Of a stretch of 64,000 nucleotides of DNA, positions 50,170 to 63,689 are shown one piece after another (the first letter of the stretch is position 1; each line of letters begins with the position of its first letter). The DNA comes from Chiloscyllium plagiosum (taxonomy: Eukaryota), in contig NC_057720.1 of NCBI RefSeq assembly GCF_004010195.1, positions 11,796,941 through 11,860,940 on the forward strand. The letters run 5' to 3'. The notes below the pieces were generated by a model, which was given only the letters and a program-made list of their open reading frames with translations, had not been told where the DNA came from and ran no database searches. A program made the position numbers and the translations under genes.

Positions 50170-51365
50170 AGTGTGAGGTCTTGCATTTTGGAAAGTCAAA
50201 TTAAGGTAGGAGTTTCATGGTGAATGGTAGGGCCTTAAAGCGTGTAGTGGAACAGAGGGACCTTCGGGTTCAGGTTCATGTAGCTTTGAAAATGGAGTCA
50301 CAGGTAGACAGGGCAGTAAAGGAGGCTTTGGCACACTGGCCTTCATCTTTCAGGGCAGAGTATTGAAGTTGGGAAGTTATGTTGCAGCTGTACAAGATAT
50401 TGGTGAGGCCACACATGGAGGCAATATTGGGGCAGAGTATAGAAGTTGGGAAGTTATGTTGCAGCTGTACAAGATATTGGTGAGGCCACACATGGAGGCA
50501 ATATTGTGTTCTAGTTTGGTCACCTTGCTATAGGAAAGATGTTATTAAACTGGAAAGAGTGCAGAAGAAATTTACAGGATGTTGCCAGGACTTACCAGTC
50601 TGAGTTATAGGGAGAGATTGGACAAGCTAGGACTATTTTCTTTAGAGCATAGAAGACTGAGGGGGGGAATCTTAAAAAGTCCATAAGATTTTTTTAGATT
50701 AGATTAGATTAGATTACTTACAGTGTGGAAACAGGCCCTTCGGCCCAACAAGTCCACACCGCCCCAACGAAGCGCAACCCACCCATTCCCCTACATTTAC
50801 CCCTTACCTAACACTACGGGCAATTTAGCATGGCCAATTCACCTGACCTGCACATCTTTGGACTGTGGGAGGAAACCGGAGCACCCGGAGGAAACCCACG
50901 CAGACACGGGGAGAATGTGCAAACTCCACACAGTCAGTCACCTGAGGCGGGAATTGAACCCGGGGCTCTAGCGCTGTGAGGCAGCAGTGCTAACCACTGT
51001 GCCACCGTGCTGCCCATAAGATCATAGAGGCATGGACAGGGTGAATGCACTAAATCTTTTTTCCAGGGTTGGGGAATCAAGGACTAGAGGGGATCAGTTT
51101 AAGGTTAGAGGGGAGAGAATAAAAGGGAACGTGAGGGGCAACTTTTTTTAACAGAGGGTGGTACGCATATGGAATGAGCTGCCAGTGGAAATGGTTGAGG
51201 CAGGTACATTAACAACATTTAAAAGGCATTTGGACAAATACATGAATAGGAAAGGATTAGAAGGATATGGGCCAAGCGCGGGGAAACAGAGTTAGCATGG
51301 ATGGACATTTTGGTCGGCATGGACCAGTTTGGGCCGATGGGCCTGTGTCCATGCTATGACTCTAT
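50170..51365 (+). mobile_element. CR1 3' fragment with a 77-bp tandem duplication and a nested minus-strand HE1 SINE (about 50690-51015)
   Basis: Duplication 50353-50429 / 50430-50506; SINE TSD ataagat (50683-50689 / 51016-51022). Confidence 0.9.
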
Positions 51366-51369
51366 AACT

Positions 51370-52620
51370 ATCAGTAAAAAGAGCTCCATAAACAGCCCTA
51401 ACTTCAATATTGACAGAGCCTAACTTTCAAAAGCAAATGTCAAGGCAGAAGCATTTGTAATCATCTTCAGTTGGAAAAATGTCATGGAGGTGGTAAAATC
51501 TTGGTCTTCAGCAACACAGATATCAATCTTTACCCAAATTGATCTGTTCCAAATGATATCAAGAAAAGGCTACACTCGACACATTGAAGGTCCTGAAATG
51601 TCCAGGCTACAGCGTTGAAGACTAGTACACCAGAATTAGCCAAGGTGCTTCAGTGCAGCTACAACATTGACATCTATCTGACAAAAGTGGCAAATTGTCC
51701 AGGTAAAATAAAAGGACAGATCCAGTTGGGCCAATTATTGTTTCATCAGTTCATTCTCAGTCATTAGTAAAGTGCTAGCAGTGAAGTACTGTCAAGCAGA
51801 ACTTACCCAGCAATAATCTACCCACCAATGCTTCATTTGGGTTCCGTTCCAGAGCACATGGAGCACCTTTATGCAAACTGGATGCAAATTCCAGTTCCAA
51901 GGTGAAAATGACTGCCTTTAACATTATGGCAGCATTTGACAGAATCTGATGTATCTGATAAAGCAGATATCCCCCAGCTATGTCCTATCAACAAATAACC
52001 AACCCAGCCAGTTACCACCTTCTGCTCACATTCAACTTCAATACTACTGTTGAAACCTGAACCTCAACATTCTGGAGATTATTATTGACCAGAAACTTTG
52101 AAGGACCAGCCATTTAAACACCATGGCAACAAAAGCAGGTCATAGGCTGAATGTACTGCACGGAATCTCTCACCTGTTAAGTCACCAGTCTTTCCACCAT
52201 CCAGATGGCACTAGCTTTTTGCCTGCAAGAATATTCTGGAAATTCAAAAATGTGAAAAGGACAAGGCATTTTCAGCACTCATTCACCATCTTAAACGTTA
52301 CCTTTCACCACTGATGCACAAGACGCCATGAATACTATGTACAAGATGCTCTGCAATACCTCACCAAGATTCCTTTGCAACTTCCTTCTATCACCTAGAA
52401 ACACAAGGATGCAAAACATGGGAACATTATCATCCGCAAATTTTCTCCAAGTCACATACTACTCTGACTTGAAACACATACTTGTTCCTTCCTCGAATTG
52501 TCACTCGAATCTTCAGAATTTCCTCCATTAATGGAACTGAAGGTCAATTCAATTTCACAGACTGTTCACAGTCAGCTTAAGAGCAATTAAGGATGGACAA
52601 TGCACCTTTGCTAACAAAGT
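51370..52620 (+). mobile_element. Old, heavily degraded CR1/L2-clade LINE (same family as 19750-21165)
   Basis: Residual gatatcaagaaa, actgcctttaacatt..gcagcatttgac and tacaagatgc text. Confidence 0.6.
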
Positions 52621-52623
52621 GCA

Positions 52624-55600
52624 GGTTTTTTTTGTTTCAGCAGCAAGAAGAATGGCAGCTTTGAGCAGGGGGCTGACGGGAAGGTGAATCACTGAGTTAA
52701 AAACTTACCTCATGAATAGGTGGAGCACACACTGAGCAGGAGCGGACACGGGACTGTTGAGTAAGTGAAGTAAGGTATTTGGGTGGTTGCATTACCCACA
52801 ACACTATTTAGGTAGTGTTTCTCACCCATCCTCCTCCTCTAACCAAAACAAAAAGGTGCCATGTGCTGGATTGGTAAGGAACTAGTTTTTTTTATTCTTT
52901 ATTTTTCTACAGTCTCTTTGAGAATTTAGAATAATGGGAATTAGCGATGAGGGCAGTTGAATGTTCTTCCTGCAGAATGTGGGAGGTCAGGGTCACCACT
53001 AGTGTCCCTGCTGACTTCCTCTGCAGCAACTGCACCCAACTCTAGCTCCTCAAAAATCATAATAGGGAACTGGAGCTGGAGCAAATCCGTAGCATTTGGG
53101 AGGCAGAGGGGATTATTGAGAGGAGTTGCAGGGAGGTAGTCACACCTCAGGTGCAAGAAAAAGGCAGATGGGTTACAGTCAGAGGACGGAAAGGGAACTG
53201 GCAGGCAGTGCAGTGATCCCCTGTGGCTGTTCCCCTCAAAGCAATTATATTGTTTTGATACTGTTGGGGGCGGGGGGAGGGGGTGGTGGTGGTGGAAACG
53301 ACTTACCAGCTGTAAGCCATGGAGTACAGGTCTCGGGCACAGAGGCTGTCCCTGTTGCTTACAAGGGAAGAGGGAAGATGAGCAGAGAATTAGTCATTAG
53401 GGATTCCATAGTTAGGGGGACAGATATAAGGTTCAGTGGGAACAAGAGACACTTATGGTTGGTGTGTTGCCTCCCATGTGCCAGGGTTTGTGATCCTTGA
53501 GGGGAAGGAGCAGCAGCCCCAAATTGTGGTCCACATGGACACCTAGGAGTAGGGATGTGGATTTAAGGCTGAAATTCAGGGAGCTAGGGTATAAGCTTAG
53601 TGCTAGAACAAACAGTTACTATTTCTGATTTGTTGCCCATGCCACGTGCTAGCAAAGTGAGGAATAGGGAGAATGAGGAGTTGAACACATGGCTACAAGG
53701 ATGGTGCAGGAGGGAGGATTTTGGATACTTGGATAATTGGGGCTCATTCTGGGGTAGGTGGGACCTCTACAAATGGGATGGTCTATACCTGGACCTTGCT
53801 AATGCTCTTCAGGAGAGTTTAAACTAATTCAACAGGGGGATGGGAACCTGAATTGTTGCTCCAGTGTACAGGAGGTTGAGAGTAGTGAGGTCATAAATAA
53901 GGTTTCAAGGTCATGAGAATGTACCAGCAAGCAGAAAGGTGGTTTGAAGTGTATCTCCTTCAACACCAGGAGCATCTGGAATAAGGTAGGTGAACTTGCA
54001 GCATGGTTTGGTATCTGGGACTTCGATGTTGTGGCCATTTCAGAGACATGGTTAGAGCAGGGACAGTTATTGCAGGTTCCAGGATTTAGATGTTTCAGTA
54101 AGAACAGAGATGGTAAAAGAGGGGGAGGTGTGGCATTGTTAGTCAAGGACAGTATTACGGTGGCAGAAAGGACGTTTCAGGACGCGTCTAGAGGTAGTAT
54201 AGGTTGAGGTTAGAAATAGGAAACCCCTAATGGGAGTTTTCCATAGGCCACCGAATAGTTCCAGAGATGTAGAGGAAAGGATAGCAAAGATAATTCTGGA
54301 TAGCAGTGAGACTAACAAGGTAGTTGTAATGGAGAATATTAACTTTCCAAATATTGACTGGAAATACTATAGTTTGAGTACTTTACATGGGTCAGTTTTT
54401 GTCCAATGTGTGCAGGATGGCTTCCAAACACAGTATTTAGACAAGCCAACAAGGGGCAAGCAACAATGGATTTGGTACTGGGTAATGAACCTGGCTGGGT
54501 GTTAGATTTGGAGGTAGGTGAGCACATTGGTGATAGTGAGCACAGTTCTGTTATGTGTACTTTAGCGATGGAAAGGGACAGGTATATACCACAGGACAAG
54601 ACTTACAGCTGGGGAAAAGGCAATTATGATGCAATTAGGCAAGATTTAGGATGCATAGGAAGGGGAAGGAAACTGCAGGGAATGGGCATAATTGAAATAT
54701 GGAGCTTATTCAAGGAACAGCTACTGCGTGTCCTTGATAAGTATGTACCTGTCAGGTAGGGAGGAAGTAGTCGAGCGAGAGAGCTGTGGTTTCCTAAAGA
54801 AATCGAATCTCTTGTCAAGAGGAAGAAGGCAGCTTGTTAGGATGAGACGTGAGAGCTCAGTTTGGGCACTTGAGAGTTACAGTTTAGCCAAGAAAGGCCT
54901 AAAGAGAGCTAGGAGGAGGTAGGAGGGGTCATGAGAAGTCACTGGCAGATAGGTGTATCAGGAATAAAAGAATGACTAGAGAAAGATTAGGGCCTATCAA
55001 GGATAGCAGTGGGACGTTACGTGTGGAGTCCAAGGAGAGAGGGGTGGTGCCATTGGAATTTTTTCGACAATATTCACTATGGAAAAAGATAATGTTGTCA
55101 AGAAGATGACTGAGATACAGACTACTAGATGGGACTGAGGTTCACAAGGAGGTGGTGATAGCAATTCTGGCAAGTGTGAAAATAGATAAATCCCCTGGGC
55201 CAGGTGGAATTTATCTTCGGATTCTCTGGGAAGCCAGGGAGGAGATGCTGAGCCTTTGATCTTTATGTTGTCATTGTCTACAGGAATAGTGCCAGAAGAC
55301 TGGAGGATAGCAAATGTTCCCTTGTTCAAGAAGGGGAGTAGCAACAACCCTGGTAATTATTGACCAGTGAGCCTTACTTTGGTTGTGGGTAAGATGTTGG
55401 AAAAGGTTATAAGAGGTAGGATTTATAATCATCTGGAGAGGGATAAGTTGATTAGGGTTAGTCAACACAACTTTGTAAAGGGTAGGTCATCCCTCACAAA
55501 CCTTATAGAGTTCTTGGAGATGGTGACCAAACAGGTGGAAGAGGGTAAAGTGGTTGATGTGGTGTATATGGATTTCAGTAAGGCATTTGATAAGGTTCCC

Positions 55601-56686
55601 CATTGTAGGCTATTGCATAAAATATGGAGACATGGGATTGAGGGTGATATAGCAGTTTGGATCAGAAATTGGCTAGCTGAAAGAAGACAGAGGGTGGTGG
55701 TTGATGGGAAATGTTCATCCTGGATTTCAGTTACTCGTGGGGTACCGCAAGGATCTATTTTGGGTCCACTGTTGTTCGTCATTTTTATAAATGACCTGGA
55801 CGAGGGCGTAGAAAGATAGTCAATTTGCAGATGACACTAAGTTATTGCAGGTAACAGAGGGACATAAATAAGCTGCAGAGCTGGGCTGAGAGATGGCAAA
55901 TGGAGTTTAATGCGGAACAGTGTGGGGTGATTCACTTTAGAAGGAACAACAGGAATAAAGAGCACTGGGCTAACGGTAAGATTCTTGGTAGTGTAAATGA
56001 GCAGAGAGATCTCAGTGTTCATGTAACAAGATCCCTGAAAGTTGCCACCCACGTTGACAGGGTTGTTAAGAAGGCATTTGGTGTGTCAGCTTTTATTGGT
56101 AGAGGGATTGCGTTTCGGAGCCATGAGGTCATGCTGCAGCTGTACAAAACTCAGTGCGGCAGCACATGGAGTATCGTGTACAGTTCTGGTCACCACATTA
56201 TAGAAAGGGTATGGAAGCTTCGGGAAAGGTGCAGAGGAGATTTACTAGGATGTTGCCTAGTATGGAGGGAAGGTCATATGAGGAAAAGCTGAGGGACTTG
56301 AGGCTGTTTTTGTTAAGACTGAAGAAGGTTGAGAAGTGACTTAATTGAGACATACAAGATAATCAGGGTTAGATAGGATGGACAGTGAGAGCCTTTTTCC
56401 TCCGATGATGATGGCTAGGATGAGGGGACATAGCTTTAAATTGAGGAGTGATAGATATAGGACAGATGTCAGAAGTAGTTTCTTTACTCAGAGTAGTAGG
56501 GGCATGGAATGCACTGCCTGCAACAGTAGTAGACTCGTCAACTTTAAGGGTACTTAAATGGTCATTGGATAAACAAATGGATGAGAATGGAATAGTGTAG
56601 GGCAGATACGCTTCAGATTGGTTCCACAGGTCGATGCAATATCGAGGGCCGAAGGGCATGTACTGCGCTGCAATGTTCTATTTTCT
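52624..56686 (+). mobile_element. Near full-length CR1 LINE (5' UTR, ORF1 zinc finger plus SGNH esterase, ORF2 APE endonuclease plus RT), disrupted
   Basis: ORF1 CSSCRMWE..CSNC and LVIRDSIVRG; ORF2 [44 protein letters not shown]; possible TSD agtgca (52618-52623 / 56687-56692). Many stops and frameshifts. Confidence 0.93.
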
Positions 56687-56934
56687 AGTGCAAATTCCAT
56701 GAACAAATGAAACAACGCTGGAGTGGGATCGGAATTGTCAGCCTTCTGACTCAGGCTAGAGTGCTGCTTGCTGGTTCAAGTGGCTGCTCCAGTTACATTC
56801 AGAGCCACAGTATTCAAATTTCAAAGTATTGCTTTGTACGGGAGTGCGCTGGAGTGTGACAGGCCACTCGTATGAAAGCATTTTCTCCTCACGGTTAAAG
56901 CAAATTGAAGATAATTTTTGCATTCAATTCAGAG

Positions 56935-58465
56935 CATGAAAACCAAGAGTGAATTTTATTGCAGTGGACACTCAGCCAATATAAATCTGCTTCACAATAG
57001 GTTATCTAATTAGGTTTTAAGTCCGTGAGCTGAAGAGAGGGACTGTAATACAAAAGGAGACTAGTTTCACATGTTTTTTTTATTTCTCACAGCTCTCCTG
57101 ACAGTTGTACAGATCTGTATAAGAACATATTGCATACACACAGATATGAGGCCAGAAACTGAAACCATACAAAAATGTTCTAATCAATGCACAACTACTA
57201 GTATAAAAGTTTGCAGCTGAACCCAGTGCTCACCGCTGACTAGTATCAATCAATCATTTAAATACATCGTAAAAATACAATCTTTCAGCAATTGGAGCTT
57301 TTGTGCAGACTACAAAAAAGGGAATTTATTATAATACTTGATTATCTTTAACAGGCAGTTTTGTTAATGAGTTGTGGGGACAATTCCCATTTCGAAGGGG
57401 TAGTGAGAGGGAGGGGTCTATTTGATTCTGAAGTTGGTGGAGGTGTGTTTATATAAAGTGATGTACACTGTTGCTACCACTGTACTTTTTTCACCATATT
57501 TTAGTACACATTACATAGTCGTTTTATATCACATTACATCTAAAAACACTTTCACTGACGACTCACTTGTATTCAAACTTCTTCCGTGCAGTTTTGTTTT
57601 GTTGGGCAGGAGAGAAGGCGGAGGCTGGTTGGAAGAGACGTGACATTGGGTGTGAAGGGACAACACATCCACATTTCTTCATTATTGCCCTGGCATTCTT
57701 TGCCTCACGTAGTGCTTCGCGGTTGCTCGGGGGAAGGGCTGAGAAGGCATGAGGCCTTTTGGGAGTAAGCAGCTGATTGTGTTAGGCAAGTTCAATGCTC
57801 AGGATCTTAACCTGCATCGCTACAGTCAATTTTACTAGTTTGTTAAATTCAACTTTCTCTTGTGTAAAACCTAGAACTTTCATTCCAACAACAAAAGGTA
57901 GCTCCCTTTCGTGGCACTAGGACTACACACTACACAACATAATAGGAAACTTTAACGTATCGTGGTTCCATAAATACTCGCCTACACAGACATTTATCTA
58001 CATCATATTATGGTTAAGAGTTCAGTTTTTGTCATAGAAACTGATCTTGCCTTTGGAATTAAATAATTGGGCCTGTGCAGTTTGCAACTGCTTTGCCTTC
58101 CCTTCCTCCTCCATTTCCATCAACAGATGTGAACAGAACTTTGAGCAAGAGAGAGCATGAGACAGACAAACAGAGGAGAGTGCGTGGAAGGCAACTCAAG
58201 GAAACCCACTGTACGTTAGGAATGTTCACCTGCTGTTGAATGACTTGTAAAGGGCCACGGGCAGCTCAGGGTCATAGTCAATGAGGGGACCCACTGAAGC
58301 TCACCTGCGGACACTGACTTTGTTTTTTTGGAACAGCAGCAGGACGCTTTCGATCTGTGCAAGGAATCAACGAATGAAGCCTGACTTTGCAATGCACTGA
58401 AGAACAGAGAGTCAACTCCCTCCGGGAGTCTGTTTCTTTCTTCCTCCCCAACTTTGCCCTTTGTG
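56935..58465 (-). other. ZZZ3: Probable ZZZ3 3' UTR, with minus-strand AATAAA signals at 57325-57330, 57079-57084 and 56955-56960
   Basis: About 1.5 kb with no recognisable repeats directly after the ZZZ3 stop, in an otherwise repeat-dense window; three tttatt hexamers on the + strand. Confidence 0.55.
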
Positions 58466-58610
58466 TCATCTGTTTGCTGGGAAGTAGTTCGGATCAAGGT
58501 AGTTGTAACTGGTGTCCTGAGACATGCAGTAATCTCTGTCCAGAAATGTCTCAGCCTTATAGACAGGGTCCAGTTGGTGGTCAGCTTTGTGAGTCTCCGT
58601 TTCATACAGG
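58466..58610 (-). CDS. ZZZ3: ZZZ3 last coding exon: (C)[47 protein letters not shown]
   Basis: atttctttag acceptor, phase-compatible with the previous exon. The C-terminus [25 protein letters not shown] matches recalled human ZZZ3. Confidence 0.96.
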
Positions 58611-59274
58611 CTAAAGAAATAGAGGAACAAACAAAATAAAGACAATGAAACAACTTGGTGAGATTTGAAATTGCCTTTTAGACACGTTAACCCCAACTGC
58701 TTGTAAAGTACATACGATAACTACAAAGATGAGGACATGCTTCAGGGGAGGTGCCCAGAACCGAACACACTACTCCAGCATGTCGCCTAACGAGAGCTTT
58801 TCACAATCCCTGGTGATAAATATTTATATCTGCTCGCTAGTTTTCATTCATTTCCGCACACAGCTTTCGAAATCTCACTGCTATTCCACAGTTCCTTCCT
58901 CTGTAACACATGGTACTCTAGCCTATCAAAAGGTCACACTCAATTTTGGAAGTTCCAACTGACTACAAGCATCGGTATCCTTTTGAGCAATGAGGATTTA
59001 AAATCTCCAATTCCCTTTTGTGGAAGAAGTTCCAAGTGGTCCTTCCTCTGCATCAACCCTATTGAATCTTAAACAGCTTGATCACATTGCCTTCAATCTT
59101 CTTATTCAAGTGAATAGGATTTGAATTTATGGAACCAATCCTCAGCCTAATCTCTCAAAAGCCCCCAAATGGAATCTGGGATTGGAGACAACGATAGCTG
59201 CCAGTGACTGATCATGTCTTTCGTTCAGTCTAATGTGGCCTCAGAGACCAGTAGTTGCTTCCCTGACTACTCAG

Positions 59275-59460
59275 TGCCCCCTGTGCGGAGTTAGTGTGAT
59301 TCAAGAGATCAACCCGTCTTCTGGAAGTTACAGGCAAAACGTTTCACCCATCTTTAGAAGACAGGATGTAAAATTATTGATCCATTATGCTATACTTGTG
59401 AATCCTGGAATCGTTTTGTCCAAATCACTCAACATTACCATTAGAATTGCAAGTTTCAAA
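59275..59460 (+). mobile_element. Degraded Deu-domain SINE within the last ZZZ3 intron
   Basis: cccatcttta..gatgtaaaa..gatcc..tgctatacttg..tcctgg..tgtccaa resembles the Deu core. Confidence 0.4.
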
Positions 59461-60019
59461 GGTGTATCTTGGAGTGCTCACTGAAGTACGCAATGCAAAT
59501 AACTGAAAGCCATTTCAAACAGGTAACTCAATAAGTATAGATAACAGAAAATAAGTATGTAAATGCTGGGAACAAGAGAAAAATAAGTGGTAAAAGCAGG
59601 AGGCAGCTCTGCCTAGAGAGGAGACAGATTGATATTTCACAGACATTTTGTCAAAAATCTCTGACAAAAGATCATCTACCCAAAACCTGTTATTAAGTTC
59701 ACAGACATTCATGGAAAAGGGCAAAGTAATCACAGAAAGTGACATTCAAAATTCTAGCAACACTTCAACCTGGTAGTAAAGAAATACATTTATTAAAATT
59801 TTGTAGCTCGGTCCTCATCCTCTTTGTCAGATCGTGGATCTCTACGCACATTACTCGCGCCCAACAGTCCGCTCAAATTTCAATGAGTCCACCTTTCTCA
59901 AACTCCTGGGGGCTACAATGGACTAGGAACTGAATCGGATGTGCCACATAAATACAGTGATTGAAAGAGCTGCTCAGAAACTGAAATTTCTGAAGCAAAT
60001 CCCCCAAACTTGTCTACCA

Positions 60020-60353
60020 TAGAGTCCTAGAATCTCTACAGTGTGGAAACAGGCCCTTTTTACCCAACCAGTCCACACCGACCCGCCGAAGACTAACCCA
60101 CCCAGACCCATTCCCTTATCCTATTACTCTACATTTACCGACTATTGCACCTAACCTATGCATCTCTGAGCACTATGGGCACCTAACCCCCACACCTTTG
60201 GAGTGTGGGAGGAAACTGGAGCACCCGAAGAAACCAAGATAGACACAGGGAGAATGAACAAACTCCACACAGACAGTCGCCCAAGACTGGAATTGAACCC
60301 AGGTCCCTGGTGCTGTGAGACAGCAGTGTTAACCACTGAGCTACTGTGCCACC
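60020..60353 (-). mobile_element. HE1 SINE
   Basis: Full HE1 text on the minus strand. Confidence 0.9.
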
Positions 60354-60865
60354 CTAGAGGTCTTCAACACAATCAATTCTGATCCAATTTTCCAGCACTT
60401 GGCCCATAGCCTTTAATAAGTCTGGACTGTAATAGAGTATTCACCACAAGCCTGGATGAGTGCAGCTCCAAAAAAGACTCAGCAATGTCACGACCACCTC
60501 AGACTAAACAGCCCTCTTGATTGGCACTCAATCCACCACCTTGAACATTCATGTTCTGCACCACATATACCACCTTCAAAATGCACTGCAACCAAAGCTC
60601 TTTTAACAGCACCTTGCAGATCCATCACCATGATCATCCACAACCTTGACTTAGGAGACATACCACTGTTTCTTCACTGTCACTTGGTCAAATTCCTGCA
60701 GCACCCTTCCAAACAGCACCATCGGTGGACCTAGGCTTTATCACCACCCTCCCAAGACCAAATAGGAATCAGCTTGTTGTCTTGTCCATAAATATTTTTA
60801 AAATAAATTATGTAATTAGGAGCATTCACATAGAACATTAATGTCTTGCAATCACAGTAACTTAC

Positions 60866-60966
60866 CAGTCTGAACAACTGTCGCAGAAATCAACCGAACT
60901 CTCTGGTGGGCAGTCCTGACAATGCCAACGTAATCCAAGAATTGGTTCTGTGCCACAGTTGTCACA
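60866..60966 (-). CDS. ZZZ3: ZZZ3 penultimate coding exon, ZZ-type zinc finger: [33 protein letters not shown](C)
   Basis: Minus-strand tttttaattgatag acceptor and TG|gtaagt donor; 101 nt. CxxC...CxxC...DFCxxC ZZ motif matching recalled human ZZZ3. Confidence 0.96.
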
Positions 60967-61204
60967 CTATCAATTAAAAAGACGGGAGTAGAGGTCAATA
61001 GAACTGCCTTCTTTCTCAATTATTTTAACAAACAACTTAAATGTTTGTTTCTGACCTGTATCTGAAATTCACCAACACTTTCCACTCTGCAAAAATATTT
61101 TAAACTAAATTAAATCAGCTAAGGTAATACTATTGCATAGTATTGAATTTACATAGCAAAAGCCATTCTGACAAGACCAGATGATCAATCTGTTGCTGCT
61201 AGAG

Positions 61205-63160
61205 TTAAGACGATAAGATGTAAGAGCAGAAAATAGACCATTCGTTCCATCGAGTCTGCCCTGTCGTTCAATGAGATCATGGCTGATAACCCTCAACCCC
61301 ACTTTCCTGACTTTTCTCTACATTCCCCGACTCCCTTACTGACTAAAAATGTGTGTGTTGTAAATTCTTGTACATTCACTTACCTCATCCAATTCACTAT
61401 TATATATACTAAGTAACTGTGGCCCCAGCACTGATCCCTGTGGCACTCCATTATAGTTACAGGTTGCCATCTTGAAAATGCTATCCTTATTCAAATCTTC
61501 TAATAATTACCAATCTTCTATCCTTGCCAATATATTATCCAGAAAACCCTGGGTTTTTATATTTTTAAGTAGCCTTATCAAACGTCTTCTGGAAATCCAA
61601 ATACATTACAATTCCACGGTCCCCTTCATTTGACCTGCTTGTTACCTCCTCAAAGAATTTGAATAAATTTGGCAGGAATGATGACTCTGCTTGATTACGT
61701 ATTTCAAAATGCACCGATATTACATCCTTTCATAGACTCTCCAATATTTTCCCAATTTCAGGTATTAAGCTAACTGGCATATGGTTAAGTGTATTTTTTT
61801 TTGTCTCCTTCCCTTTTTGAATAACAGTGTTATTTTCAATGTTTTCCTAATCATCTAGGATTTATTTTTTCCCCCCAGAGTCTAAAGACACTTGGAAAAT
61901 TATCACCAATGCTTCCACTATCTCTTTATCTATTTGCTTTAATACCCTAGGATGCAACCCATCACACCTTTTAGCCCCATGAGTTCCTATTAATTTTTTT
62001 CTGGTGATAGTTATAGTAAGTAGGAGCAGAAGGAGGCCATTCAACCTATCAAGCCTGCTGCACCATTCGATATGACCATGGCTGGACCCTGCTCCTGCTT
62101 TCTGCCTGTATCCTTTATTCTCATTCGCCCTTTACTTCCTTCCCACTTTTTGCTTCTGTGCTTGGCATTTTCAGAATCCTATTAATCTATTGTGAAGACG
62201 GATGTGAAATACTCAGCTCCTCTACAATTTCCTGGCTCCCCAGCCTCACTTTCTATGGAACCTATGATCACTTTGGCCCTTTTCCCCCCTCCTTTCTCAT
62301 ACACTTAAAGAAACAGGTGTACCACAGAGTTTTATAATACTTGCTGGTTTACTCTCTAGTTTAAAAGGGACCACTTCTTCACACAGAGGGTGGTGCAGGT
62401 ATGGGGCGTGCTGCCAGAGGAAGTAATGTAGGTGGATATAATTACAGCATTTGAAAGGCATCTGGATGTGAAAGGGATATGGGCCAAATTCTGGCAAATG
62501 GGATTAGATTAGGATATCCGGTTAGCATGGACAAATGGACCAAAGGGTCTGTTTCTGTGCTGTATATCTCGATGACTCTTAAAGTTATTTGCTACCTTTT
62601 TGTGGTCATTCTTTGATTGGCTTTTAAAACTTTTACCATGCCTCTGGTTGTCAACTAATCTTTTGCCACACTGTACCGTTCCTTTCAATTTAATTATACT
62701 AGAGTCCTAATATTCACTGAACAACACTATACAGCAAACAGTTCCACCACTATTTGACTACCACTTACAGCTGGTTCTGCTATAACGCGCTTCTCTTCAA
62801 TGCAAATTGGGTATAACGAGATTGAAGAATTTAAACATAGAAAATAGAAAGGTACAGCACACAACAGGCCCTTTGGCCCACGATGTTATGCTGAGGTTTA
62901 ATCTGAATGTAAAATATGCACCCTTCAACTCACTGCTGTCCATGTGCATGTCCAGCAGTTGCTTAAATGTCCCCAATGACTCTGCTTCCACCACCACAGC
63001 TGGCAACGCATTCCATGCATTCACAACTCTCTGCGTAAAGAACCTACCTCTGATGTCTCCTTTATACCGTCAAACTGTGACTCCTCGTACCAGTCAATCC
63101 TGCCCTGGGGAAAAGTCTCTGACTATTGACTCTATCTATTCCACTCATTATCCTGTATAC
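61205..63160. mobile_element. Cluster of CR1 fragments in a ZZZ3 intron
   Basis: DGLHPRVLKQ, FTQRVV..WNALP and several CR1 tails. Confidence 0.8.
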
Positions 63161-63189
63161 CGATATTTATAGAATGCGAACTTTCCTGA

Positions 63190-63689
63190 NNNNNNNNNNN
63201 NNNNNNNNNNNNNNNNNNNNNNNNNNNNNNNNNNNNNNNNNNNNNNNNNNNNNNNNNNNNNNNNNNNNNNNNNNNNNNNNNNNNNNNNNNNNNNNNNNNN
63301 NNNNNNNNNNNNNNNNNNNNNNNNNNNNNNNNNNNNNNNNNNNNNNNNNNNNNNNNNNNNNNNNNNNNNNNNNNNNNNNNNNNNNNNNNNNNNNNNNNNN
63401 NNNNNNNNNNNNNNNNNNNNNNNNNNNNNNNNNNNNNNNNNNNNNNNNNNNNNNNNNNNNNNNNNNNNNNNNNNNNNNNNNNNNNNNNNNNNNNNNNNNN
63501 NNNNNNNNNNNNNNNNNNNNNNNNNNNNNNNNNNNNNNNNNNNNNNNNNNNNNNNNNNNNNNNNNNNNNNNNNNNNNNNNNNNNNNNNNNNNNNNNNNNN
63601 NNNNNNNNNNNNNNNNNNNNNNNNNNNNNNNNNNNNNNNNNNNNNNNNNNNNNNNNNNNNNNNNNNNNNNNNNNNNNNNNNNNNNNNNN
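63190..63689. other. Assembly gap (500 N)
   Basis: Run of N. Confidence 1.
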
